From positions 1 through 42,050 of IMG/VR virus record IMGVR_UViG_3300037515_000347: 42,050 bases of DNA, one strand, 5' to 3'. Positions 9,287-18,700 of the stretch are shown piece by piece. This DNA comes from a virus (taxonomy: Duplodnaviria; Caudoviricetes). The position numbers and the translations under genes were made by a program. Numbering within the stretch: position 1 is the first letter of the stretch; every line of letters starts with the position of its first letter. The notes below the pieces were generated by a model. The model was not told the DNA's origin. It saw only the letters and a list, made by a program, of their open reading frames with translations, and made no database searches.

Positions 9287-10128
9287 GGGCCCTCGTGACC
9301 GGCGGCGCCGGGTTCGTCGGCTCGCACCTGGTGGACGCTCTTGTCGCTCGGGGGGACGACGTGACCTACGTTGACGCCCTGGTCGGCGGCACGGTTCACC
9401 ACAACCCGGGCGCGACGTTCGTGCATGCCGACATCCTCAACTGGCCCCATAGCCTCATCGGCTTCGATGCGGTCTTCCATCTTGCCGCCTCGAAGGCGAC
9501 GGTCTGCATGGCGGATCCGGAGCGCGATCTCCGGACCAACGCTCTCGGAACGCTCCGCCTCGCGACCATGGCTGCCCGGGCAGGCGCGACCTTCGTCCAC
9601 GCCTCCACGGGCTCTGTCGCAGCCGCCGCGTCGTACTACGGGATCAGCAAGGGTGCCGGTGAGCAATACGTCCGCCTGGTCGGCCAGCTCGAGGGGATGC
9701 CATGGACCGCGCTGCGGTACTACCACGTGATCGGGGCGCGCCAGTCAGACGACCAGGACATCGGCGGCGTCGTGCCGATCTTCCTACGCCGGGCGAGTCT
9801 CGGCCTGGCGCTGATGGTTCATGGTACCGGCGCCCAGGTCCGGTCGTTCACCTCGGTGCATGACGTCGTGCGCGCTACCCTTCTGGTCGCCGACAAGCCA
9901 CAGCGCGCCGTTCTCGACTGCGCGTCAGGCATCCGCGTCTCCATCCGCGAGCTGGCCGAGTTCATCGCGGCAGACCATGGGCTTGCGATCCTGTCTGGGC
10001 CGCGGCGACCATGGGATGTCGACGAGTTCTTCCCTAACAGCGATCGGCTCCGGGAACTGGGGATCGACTTCGATACCGACTGGCGACGGCTGATCAGGGC
10101 CATGGGCGTGGGGCAGGTGGCCGCATGA
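9283..10128 (+). CDS. NAD-dependent nucleotide-sugar epimerase/dehydratase (extended SDR)
   Basis: VTGGAGFVGSHL, VFHLAA, YGISK (YxxxK) and GTGAQVRSFTSVHDVV motifs. Confidence 0.92.
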   Translation: MRALVTGGAGFVGSHLVDALVARGDDVTYVDALVGGTVHHNPGATFVHADILNWPHSLIGFDAVFHLAASKATVCMADPERDLRTNALGTLRLATMAARAGATFVHASTGSVAAAASYYGISKGAGEQYVRLVGQLEGMPWTALRYYHVIGARQSDDQDIGGVVPIFLRRASLGLALMVHGTGAQVRSFTSVHDVVRATLLVADKPQRAVLDCASGIRVSIRELAEFIAADHGLAILSGPRRPWDVDEFFPNSDRLRELGIDFDTDWRRLIRAMGVGQVAA

Positions 10129-11084
10129 ATGTCGGGATCGGCCCTCGCAACACCGCTGGCCAGGCATGGATGCTGGCCCGGGCCCTCCGATCACGCGGCA
10201 TCCCGGCGGAGTCATTTGCCCCTGAGCATCACCGTCCGCCGATGGGCTGGCCGGTGGATCGGCGGGTCCCGCGCAAGCATTGGACGCTAGACGGCTGGTC
10301 GGATTACATGGCCAGCTTCTCGCATCTGATCGCGTGGAACGGCCTCTCGCCGATCCATGGCAGTTGGTTCAGCAGCGATCCCGACCCTCGGGTCGCCGTC
10401 ATGTTCCGTGGCTCCGACCTTCGCCGGCCGGGGTACCACCGGCGCCTGGAGCCGTGGTCGCCGTTCGGTAAGGATCTGCTGTCGGCCAGGCTGGACAAGC
10501 GGGCCGAGGCGATGCGCCAGCGTCTGCACCGATGGGCCGGCCAGGTGTTCGTGGCCACCGTTGAGATGTGCGACTACGACTCCCGGGCCATCTGGTGTCC
10601 GATCATCGCTGACCCGGTGCCGGAGCGGCGACCGTTGCTGGAGCGCCCCAAGCCCCTGGTCCTGCACAACCCGACCAACGTGCAGATGAAGGGCACGGTG
10701 GAGCCTGACTCGGCCTACGACCTCTGGCAGCCCGGCCCGCTCTCGCGTGACGACATGCTGGCGGCCATCGCCCAGGCGGATGTGGTCGTCGGCGGACTGC
10801 GGCTCGGCGACTATGGAGGGACCGAGATCCAGGCGATGGCCGCCGGGCGCGTGGTGGTCGGCAACATCTCGAACCGCGTTCGGATGCGGATGCAGATGCC
10901 GGTGCCGATCGTGCAGGCCGACCCGCACTCCATCCGTGAGGTGCTCCAGGACATCGCCGCGTACCCGGACGACTATCGGCAGATCGCAGCAGACGGCTCG
11001 GCCTTCCATGAGCGCTTCCACAACGGTGAGGCATCCGTGGCCGCGCTCCGATCGTGGCTCCACGAACGGACGGTGACGGCATGA
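10125..11084 (+). CDS. Glycosyltransferase, GT-B (GT4-like)
   Basis: NTAGQ, FRGSDLR, HNPT and ADVVV...YGGTEIQAMAAGRVVV motifs; resembles 7962-8882. Confidence 0.8.
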   Translation: MNVGIGPRNTAGQAWMLARALRSRGIPAESFAPEHHRPPMGWPVDRRVPRKHWTLDGWSDYMASFSHLIAWNGLSPIHGSWFSSDPDPRVAVMFRGSDLRRPGYHRRLEPWSPFGKDLLSARLDKRAEAMRQRLHRWAGQVFVATVEMCDYDSRAIWCPIIADPVPERRPLLERPKPLVLHNPTNVQMKGTVEPDSAYDLWQPGPLSRDDMLAAIAQADVVVGGLRLGDYGGTEIQAMAAGRVVVGNISNRVRMRMQMPVPIVQADPHSIREVLQDIAAYPDDYRQIAADGSAFHERFHNGEASVAALRSWLHERTVTA

Positions 11085-11797
11085 GCCTCCTCTACTTCGT
11101 GATCCCTGCTTTCGGACGCTACGACCTGACGGGCGTCTGCCTTGACCAGAAGCTGGACGTGGTCGATCAACTTGCCGCCCACGGGCTGGATGTTCGGTGC
11201 GTGGTCGTGGCCGACGATGCCAATCTCGAGCTGGCCCGCGAGCGCGGCATGGACACCGTCGAAGCACCCAACGTCGTGTCTGACAAGTTCAATGCGGGGA
11301 TGGCGCACGCCGGAGCGAACGGCGCGGACTGGATCGTGCCCATCGGGTCGGACTCGTGGATCGACCCGTCCTACCTCCGCGGCCTCCATTCCGGCACGAC
11401 GCGCACGGCCGCTGCCTACTGTCATGTGCTCCCGGACCGGATCGGCGTCGCCAAGGTGAACCGGCGCGCCGGAGTCGGGCCCTATGTCTTCGGTCGTAAG
11501 ACGCTGGAGCCGTGCGGCTTCCGTCCGGCTAAGCCCGGGATGATGCGCAACGTCGACAGCGCGACGGTTCGTGGGATCGAGGCCGCGGCTGGGCCGCTCA
11601 ACTGGCGTCGGTTCGACCTGCATCCACTCCAGTACGTGGGCTTTCGGGTGGCGCCCTTCATCACGCACTACGAGAACCTGATGCAGGCGCACGGCGTCCG
11701 CGAGCTGAACGATCCGTGGCGTCGGCTCGCCGAGCACTACCCGCAGGATCTTGTCGACCGGGCCCACGATGTGGTCTGCGAGGTGGTGGCGGCATGA
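11081..11797 (+). CDS. Glycosyltransferase, GT-A/GT2-like
   Basis: FVIPAFGRYDLT, VVVADD, KFNAGM and WIVPIGSDSW motifs. Confidence 0.78.
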   Translation: MSLLYFVIPAFGRYDLTGVCLDQKLDVVDQLAAHGLDVRCVVVADDANLELARERGMDTVEAPNVVSDKFNAGMAHAGANGADWIVPIGSDSWIDPSYLRGLHSGTTRTAAAYCHVLPDRIGVAKVNRRAGVGPYVFGRKTLEPCGFRPAKPGMMRNVDSATVRGIEAAAGPLNWRRFDLHPLQYVGFRVAPFITHYENLMQAHGVRELNDPWRRLAEHYPQDLVDRAHDVVCEVVAA

Positions 11798-12780
11798 TCG
11801 ACTTCCTGGCCTGGGAGCCGCAGTTCGCCGACCACCTGGCGCCCATCTACCTCGCCCTGCCGAACGACCTCCGCGGGGGCTTCATGGTCCATCGCTCGGT
11901 CGCGCAGCGAGCCGCGGAATGGGGCATCACGCCGACCGATGCCGGCGACCGCTCACGGCCCATCGTCGTGGCGTCCTATGGCGACCAGCGTCGGGCGCGG
12001 AAGCTCGGACGGCGGACGATCGCCAGGCTTGAGCATGGCGCCGGCCAGAGCTACTTCGGCGACCCGCGCTTCGGCGGGAATGCCAGCTACTCGGGTGGCC
12101 GTGACTGCCACGACGTGGGGCTCTTCCTCTGCCCCAACGAGACGTCGGCGGAGCGCTGGCACGACGCCTATCCGGCAGCCGAGGTCGCGGTGGTCGGGTG
12201 CCCGAAGCTCGACTACCTGCCGTCCAAGGACCCGCATGAGCCGCTGACGGTCGCGGTCAGCTTCCACTTCGACATCAACGTTATTCCGGAGACCCGGAGT
12301 GCCTTCCCGGCCTTCCGCGGAGTCCTCCCGGCGCTCGCCGAGCGCTTCCGCGTCATCGCGCATGCTCACCCCAAGGGCGTCGATCTGATGCTCCGGCCCT
12401 ACGTCCGGATGGGCCTGGAGGTGGTGACGGACTTCGCGGAGGTGTGCCGGCGCGCGGATGTCTACTGCGTGGACAACAGCTCCACGCTCTTCGAGTTCGC
12501 CTCCACAGGCCGGCCGGTCGTGGTCCTCAACGACCCCGGCTTCCGCCGCGAGGTCCAGCACGGACTCCGCTTCTGGGATGCGGCGCACGTCGGCGTCAAC
12601 GCCAACGGACCCGCCGAACTGCTGCCGGCGGTGGAGCGTGCGCTTCTCGATGCTGAGGAGCAGCAGGAGGCACGAGAGGCCGCGCTCCGTATCGTCTACG
12701 CCCATCGGAGCGGCGGTGCCGAGCGGGCAGCCCAGGCAATCATGACGTGGACCGGTCTGGGCGTGGAGGTGGCCGCCTGA
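11794..12780 (+). CDS. CDP-glycerol/ribitol polyol-phosphate transferase-like protein (TagF/TagB-type GT-B)
   Basis: EHG, VVGCPKLD, HAHPK and ADVYCVDNSSTLFEFASTGRPVV match the TagF-family pattern (HG, GxPxxD, HP, DxSSxxFE). Confidence 0.72.
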   Translation: MIDFLAWEPQFADHLAPIYLALPNDLRGGFMVHRSVAQRAAEWGITPTDAGDRSRPIVVASYGDQRRARKLGRRTIARLEHGAGQSYFGDPRFGGNASYSGGRDCHDVGLFLCPNETSAERWHDAYPAAEVAVVGCPKLDYLPSKDPHEPLTVAVSFHFDINVIPETRSAFPAFRGVLPALAERFRVIAHAHPKGVDLMLRPYVRMGLEVVTDFAEVCRRADVYCVDNSSTLFEFASTGRPVVVLNDPGFRREVQHGLRFWDAAHVGVNANGPAELLPAVERALLDAEEQQEAREAALRIVYAHRSGGAERAAQAIMTWTGLGVEVAA

Positions 12781-13226
12781 TGGTCCCTGACGTGCTCCCG
12801 AAGCTGCTCGTCGAGATCCGGGACGACGCCGACGTGGATGCCATCGTGGACGGCAGGGTCCGCGGCGTCGAGCCTGCGCCGGGTGACGCCGGATGGACGA
12901 CAGACGGCGATGGCAACCGGACATTCAGCAACGCCTTCGTGGTGCTGGTTCAGCTCGACGCACCGCGTCTCGGGCCGCGCGTCCCGCTCCAGGCCGCCGT
13001 CATCGCCGTGCGCTGCTATGGACGAACGCACGCGGAGGCCGCGGCGCTTCGGTGGGCCGTGTCGAATGCTGTCCACAACCTGAGCCCGCGGGTCAAGGCC
13101 AACGGGCTCGGCATCTACCAATCCCGGGATGACTCAGGAGGCGAGCAACTCGTCGACCCGGACACCCAGCAGCCATATCAGCAGTTCGTCATCGGAGCGC
13201 TCGCCACCACGGTGGCGGTCGCCTAG
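12780..13226 (+). CDS. Tail terminator / tail completion protein
   Basis: VDAIVDGRV, VRCYGRTHAEAAAL and DPDTQQP motifs; located before the tail tube gene. Confidence 0.75.
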   Translation: MVPDVLPKLLVEIRDDADVDAIVDGRVRGVEPAPGDAGWTTDGDGNRTFSNAFVVLVQLDAPRLGPRVPLQAAVIAVRCYGRTHAEAAALRWAVSNAVHNLSPRVKANGLGIYQSRDDSGGEQLVDPDTQQPYQQFVIGALATTVAVA

Positions 13227-13305
13227 CACCCGCACGGGCGGCCCAGGTCGACCGTCACAAGGAACCGGCCGCCACGGTGGCCGGGGACGAAAGGGGAAGA
13301 ATGGA

Positions 13306-13725
13306 ATGACGCCAGACCGCGTCCTGACCATCGAGGGTCACAAGGTCCGGGTCATCGAGCGCGCGCCGCCGATTCCGGGGACGTTGGAGGTCCTGCTCGA
13401 GGGCGGGCGGGACGGCAACGGTCGCTTCTGGGCTCCACTCCGCATCATCAGCCGCCAGCCGCTCCGCCTCGGCGGTCCCCGCCCGGAGTGCCTGCGTGAG
13501 GATCACCGGCTCGGCGAGTGGCTGGAGGGCTTCCACACGGGCTCTGACCAGACATCTCGTCATCTAGCGTTGCTGGCGTGCTCGGACTGCGGCGCCGTCC
13601 AGGTCCGCGACCGTTCTTTCGACTCCATCGACAACCTCCCCACGGGGCGCCTGCCGCTCCGGCGAAGGGACCACCTCATCGGCTGGTACTCGGGTAGCAG
13701 GCCGCGCCAGCGGGTCTACACATGA
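13306..13725 (+). CDS. Hypothetical protein with C/H and CxxC zinc-binding residues
   Basis: SD aagggga; ECLREDH and ACSDCG. Confidence 0.65.
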   Translation: MTPDRVLTIEGHKVRVIERAPPIPGTLEVLLEGGRDGNGRFWAPLRIISRQPLRLGGPRPECLREDHRLGEWLEGFHTGSDQTSRHLALLACSDCGAVQVRDRSFDSIDNLPTGRLPLRRRDHLIGWYSGSRPRQRVYT

Positions 13726-13824
13726 TGCCCATGACCCACCACTAAGGCCGTTCGGCTCCCCTCGGCGCGAGATGCGAGTGAGCGCCGGTCAAGGGGATCT
13801 CCGTACTCGCAGGAGGTACCTACC

Positions 13825-14352
13825 TTGCCAGTTTCGTCAGATACACCCACGAATATCGTTGCGGGGGCCGGAGAGGTCTACCGCAACCAGCAGTCGTTCG
13901 GCGCGTCGCGCGACGCCAACGTCTTCCGAATCGAGCGCGAGCTCGTCACGCCCGAGATCAACGGCGTGAAGGGGATGCTTCAGGGCACGGACTACATCCG
14001 GCGCTCCGAGGGCATCCTCGAGACGACCGTCCTGGAAGTCAGCTCCAGCTCGCTCCCCTCGATGTGGCCCGGCTCGCAGACGGCAACCAACGGCACCGTG
14101 ACCACCATCGATGAGGACGGCACGCGCCGCATCCCGACGTCCGCCTACGCGGACTGGGAGCTCCAGCTGGAGCGACTGGGCGGCGGCGAGTTCCAGTTCG
14201 AGGTGGACAACGCGCTCCACGTCGGCAACTTCGAGTCGGAGTTCGCCGATGACGGGTTCTTCGGGACCCGGCTCGAGCTTCACTCCCGGTGGGACCCGGC
14301 CGACACGGACACGTCGCCGCACCGGATCCGCGTGATGACCGTCGTCTCCTGA
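13825..14352 (+). CDS. Major tail (tube) protein
   Basis: Strong SD aggagg with a TTG start; NIVAGAGEVY tube-like N-terminus; directly upstream of the frameshifting chaperone. Confidence 0.82.
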   Translation: MPVSSDTPTNIVAGAGEVYRNQQSFGASRDANVFRIERELVTPEINGVKGMLQGTDYIRRSEGILETTVLEVSSSSLPSMWPGSQTATNGTVTTIDEDGTRRIPTSAYADWELQLERLGGGEFQFEVDNALHVGNFESEFADDGFFGTRLELHSRWDPADTDTSPHRIRVMTVVS

Positions 14353-14939
14353 TGGAGGTCATCCTGGCCCTCGCACTCGGGCTCACCCTCGGCTTCGTCG
14401 TCGGGGGTGCCCGGGTCACCGCGCAGGTGCGTCGTGGGCAGCTTGTCCGACGGGCAGGGGCGGCGCTTGCGCCGCTCCTGCCGGACGAGTCCCCGGTGCG
14501 CTCGCTCGGCGACATCCTCGCCGGACGGGTGCGCGTGCGCCTGGGCGGCATCACCTACGAACTGCCCGTGCTGCCGATCAATGACAACCGCCGATGGCTG
14601 GAGTCCCTGGAGGGACGCCTTGCCGCGGTCGCCGGAGCGATCGAGCAGTCCAACGCCGACCCCGAGACCATGCTCCGGCTGCTGCTCGGTGAGCATGAGG
14701 CCGCCTACGCGCTGCTCCAGTCCTACGACCAGGGCGGCGTTCTCCCCCCCGCCGACGAGATCGGCATGCTGGCGAGCGACGCGGAGATCCTGCGCGCCGT
14801 CCTGGAGGTCTGGCAGGCCGCGAACCCAAAAGCCGCCGCAAGTCTGGCGGCGTCCCGGACGCCTTCGACGCCGCCCGCGCCTACGAGTTCCTCGCAGCCG
14901 AGTACGGCTGGAGCGTCCGGGACATCCGGGGGTCTCTGA
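14352..14939 (+). CDS. Tail assembly chaperone (gpG-like)
   Basis: Follows the tail tube gene and contains the slippery heptamer C CCA AAA. Confidence 0.78.
   Translation: MEVILALALGLTLGFVVGGARVTAQVRRGQLVRRAGAALAPLLPDESPVRSLGDILAGRVRVRLGGITYELPVLPINDNRRWLESLEGRLAAVAGAIEQSNADPETMLRLLLGEHEAAYALLQSYDQGGVLPPADEIGMLASDAEILRAVLEVWQAANPKAAASLAASRTPSTPPAPTSSSQPSTAGASGTSGGL
14825..14831 (+). other. Programmed -1 ribosomal frameshift site CCCAAAA (G/GT)
   Basis: X XXY YYZ heptamer in the correct phase; the -1 frame is open to 15199 (…AYEFLAAEYGWSVRDIRGSLTDEQLVAYL…). Confidence 0.85.
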
Positions 14940-15199
14940 CGGATGAGCAGCTGGTGGCCTATCTCGATGCAGCCCAGGAGAGGGTCGAACGCGACCAGGA
15001 CGCCCGGATGGACGCCCAGGTCGAAGCTGTCCGCATCGGCTATCTCGCGGCCCGCGACAAGCGGATCCACCAGAAGTGGGTCAACCGCCGCCGTCGCCAC
15101 GACCAGCAGCGCGGACTCACCGGGCAGGCCCTGGAGCACGCGATCATGAGCCTCGCGCGACAGCATCCAGAGTACGTCAGCTTCGAGGGCACAGCCTGA
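14831..15199 (+). CDS. Tail assembly chaperone gpT part (-1 frameshift extension)
   Basis: Includes track ORF 14954-15199; YGWS...LTDEQL gpT-like motif. Confidence 0.78.
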   Translation, partial: SRRKSGGVPDAFDAARAYEFLAAEYGWSVRDIRGSLTDEQLVAYLDAAQERVERDQDARMDAQVEAVRIGYLAARDKRIHQKWVNRRRRHDQQRGLTGQALEHAIMSLARQHPEYVSFEGTA

Positions 15200-15711
15200 T
15201 GGCCCGCCGGTCGCGCGTCGAGCTCAATCGCGCCGCGCTCGACGAGGTCCATGCCGCCTTCGCGGATGGCATCTTCGACCTGGCCCGGGCCATCATCCGG
15301 GTCGCCGAGAACGATGCTCCAGATGCGCCGCCATATGGCGAGGGACTCGTCGAGCGCGGCGGGGCTGCCGTCTGGGTCAAGGGTCGGAAGACCCACGAGA
15401 CAACGAGCAACCCGATCGACCAGAAGGTTCGAAAGCCGCTCGGACTCGTCCTCAAGCGGTCGCCGAGCGTCATCGTCGGCGTGGCGGGCTGGGGCTTCCC
15501 CGCGCTCTTCCAGGAGTTCGGGACCGTCCACCACCGGGCGCAGCCGTTCTTCTCGCGCGCGGCCTCCGAGGTCCTCGGGTCCGAGACGCGCGTGATCCTC
15601 TCGGCCGCCATGGAGCGCCGATTGGCCGGCAAGCGCTCGCCCAGGACCGCCGGCATCCGGCGTCGCATCGTCGCAGCACGCGCTGCCAAGGCCGCAAGGA
15701 GCACCCCGTGA
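15199..15711 (+). CDS. HK97 gp10-like neck/tail-completion protein
   Basis: FQEFGTVHHRAQPFF signature. Confidence 0.8.
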   Translation: MARRSRVELNRAALDEVHAAFADGIFDLARAIIRVAENDAPDAPPYGEGLVERGGAAVWVKGRKTHETTSNPIDQKVRKPLGLVLKRSPSVIVGVAGWGFPALFQEFGTVHHRAQPFFSRAASEVLGSETRVILSAAMERRLAGKRSPRTAGIRRRIVAARAAKAARSTP

Positions 15712-18700
15712 AGACCGGCATGATCGTCCTGCGCGGTGGACCGATGGACGGCTGGGTCGTCCGCCACGATGCGCCCGTCCTGCGCCCCGGCTGGAAGCCG
15801 CTCCCGCCGCGGCGTTCGCTCGTCGCCCGCCTGCTCCGGAGGCCGGTCCGGCGCTGGTCCGGTCGCTACGTGGTCGCCGGCCAGACCGCGGTCTGGGTCT
15901 CCGACGCCGGAGGGACGGTCGGGCCGGATCAGCCCATGATCCTTGGCGAGAACGGGCCCGAGTTCATCTCGCCGATCCGGATGCTCGTCGTCCTGATCCT
16001 GACGGGGCTCGCGCTCCACGAGGCGCTGACTGCCGGCTACCTCATCGCTCTCAACATCGGCCAGGTCTTCCTTGAGCTGCTCGCCGACGGTGGCCGCTTC
16101 CGCCAGTCGGTCGAAGAGGAGGCGCGCCGGGCCGGAGACGCCGGCGCGAAGACGCTCGGCGACCGGCTGACGGCCGGTCTCAGGAAGGCCGGCAAGAGCC
16201 TCCAGTCCGTCGGGATGACGCTGACGAAGAACGTCACGCTGCCGATCGTCGCCGCCGGCGCCGCCATCTTCTCGGTCGGGAAGAACTTCGATACCACGCT
16301 CCGCCAGATCGTCGCCTTGACCGACACCACGGCCGACGAGATCGGCGGGGTCCGAGATGCCGTCTTGTCGCTCGCGGGCGAGGTCGGGAAGGCACCACAG
16401 GAGCTGGCCGAGGGCTTCTACTTCCTGGCCTCCGCCGGCTTCGAGACGGCCGAGGCGCTGGAGGTCCTCAAGTCGACGGCCAAGGCCTCCGCCGTCGGGC
16501 TCGGCACCACGGCGGACATCTCCAAGGTCGTCGGCGCGGCGATCAACGCCTACGGAAAGGAGAACCTGACCGCCGCCGATGCGGTGGACATCCTGCTCCG
16601 GGCGGTCAAGAACGGCACCGCCGAGGCGCCCGACTTTGCCGCCGCCCTCGGCAACGTCATCGGCACGGCAGCCGTCATGGGCGCCACGTTCAGCGACGTG
16701 ACCGCGGCCGTGGCCGCGCTGACCATCGCCGGCGTCGGGACCGACGAGGCGGTCACCTCGCTCAACCAGGTCCTTGTCAGCCTGCTCAAGCCGACCAACC
16801 AGGCCGAGGAAGCGCTGGACGGGATGGGCCTGTCGTCCGAGGGCCTCCGAAAGCAACTCAAGGAGAAGGGGCTCCTGTCGCTGCTCCAGACGCTGGAGGA
16901 GCGGTTCGCGGGCAACGACACGGCGGCGGCGGAGGTCTTCGGCAACGTCCGGGCCCTGCGCGGTGTGCTCCAGCTGCTGGGGCTTGACTCTGAGGAGCTG
17001 ACCCGGATTTTCGAGGACACGGCCAGTGGCGCCCAGGACCTCGCCGGCGCCTTCGAGGATACCGAGGGGCCAGGCCGGGCCGCGGACCGCGCGTTCGCCC
17101 GGATCCAGACCTCGCTCATCCTGCTCTCGGACGATGTTCTGCCCATCGTGGCGGACCTGCTGGAGCGGGTCAGCGGCGCCGTCGCTGCCGTGGCCGACTG
17201 GTTCTCCAAGCTGCCGAAGGAAGTCCGAGGCGGCGTCGTCCAGTTCCTGGCCCTCGCTGCTGCTGCCGGACCCGTGCTCTGGATCGTCGGTAAGCTCACC
17301 TCCGGGCTCGGTCTGCTCTACGGGGCCTTCCGAACCGTCAACGGCGTCGCCATCTGGGCTGGTCAGGCCATCGGAACGCAGCTGGCGTCAGGCCTCTCCG
17401 GTGCCTCCACCAAGGTGGCTGCGGCAATCAATGGGCTGGCGAAGTCATCGGCGGTGCAGGGGGCGCTCTCCAAGGTCGGGTCATTCATGGGCTCCACGCT
17501 CGGCAAGTTCGTCGGTATCGGCGTGGCCGGGTTCCTCTTGCTGGAGGTCGTGAACGAATACAACCGCCAGAAGTCCGGCTTCCGGGGTCAGCTGAACCAG
17601 ATTGGGGCCGATCTCGCTAGCCAGATCGCCGAAGGCTCGCGCGCCGAACTGGAGCGATCACGAGACGCGCTCCAGACCGCGATCCACGACTTGGAGGTGG
17701 CAAAGATCAGCCCATTCGGAGGGATCTCCGGGCTGCTGTCCCAGGAGTCCATCGACGATCTCAAACGGAAACTGGCCATCGTCGAAATGAATCTCGCTGC
17801 CATGCCGGCCGACGCCGCGGGAGCGATCAACTCAAGCGGTGGAGCAGTTGGGGCGGCGGCAGCGACGATCGGCGACAAGATCGAGAAGGGCTTCAAGTCC
17901 GGATCTGATGGCACCGGAGGCGCAGACGGCGCCGTGGTGTCGGTCAAGGACGCGATCGGCAACATCCTCGGTCTCCTCCGCTCTGGACGATCAGATATCC
18001 AGACGGCGGCCAGCGATGCGGCGGACGCCATCTTCGGTCCGCAGATTGCCCAAGCGAACCTGGCTGCGACCGAGCGGGAGATCGGCGAGGAGCGGCAAAC
18101 CGTCGCCAGCAAGACGGCCACCCGCGAGCAGAAGGAAGACGCCCAGGCGCGGCTGAACGAGCTGAATCGCACTCGCATCGAGCAGCTGGCCATCCTTGCC
18201 GGCTACGGGGACGACGCATCCCGCGAGACGATCCTCGCGTGGGCCAGGGCGACCGTCGCCAGCAAGACGGCTTCCGTCGAGCAGATCGCAGCAGCCAGGC
18301 ACGTCATCGACACCTTCGGCGACTGGCGGGATGCCGCCGAGCGTCTGCGGTTCAAGCTGGCCCAGATCGTCGGCCTGTCCCGCGCGCAGATCATCCAGAA
18401 CTTCAGCAAGTCACCATCAGCGGGTGCCGGTGACATCGAGACCACCGCCAGCGGCTCCCGCTACGCCGAGGGCGGCTATCCGCCGGTCGGTCAAGCCTCG
18501 CTCGTTGGCGAAAAGGGCCCGGAACTCTTCGTGCCGAAGGTCCCCGGACTGGTACTGCCCTCAGCGCTGACGCAGGCGCTCCTGGGCGGCAGCAGCGGCG
18601 ATGTCTACAACATCGGTGTCAACCTTCCGACCACCGCGCGGCCTGACCCCTTCGAAACGGCGCGCGAACTCCGCCGGATGTCCGAGATGGGGGTGCTCGC

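Noticed and set aside
6228-12780. Glycosyltransferases as a DNA hypermodification system
   Set aside because: No base hydroxymethylase, TET/JBP oxygenase or replicative polymerase was recognised, and the genes are coupled to late structural genes. Considered less likely but not excluded.
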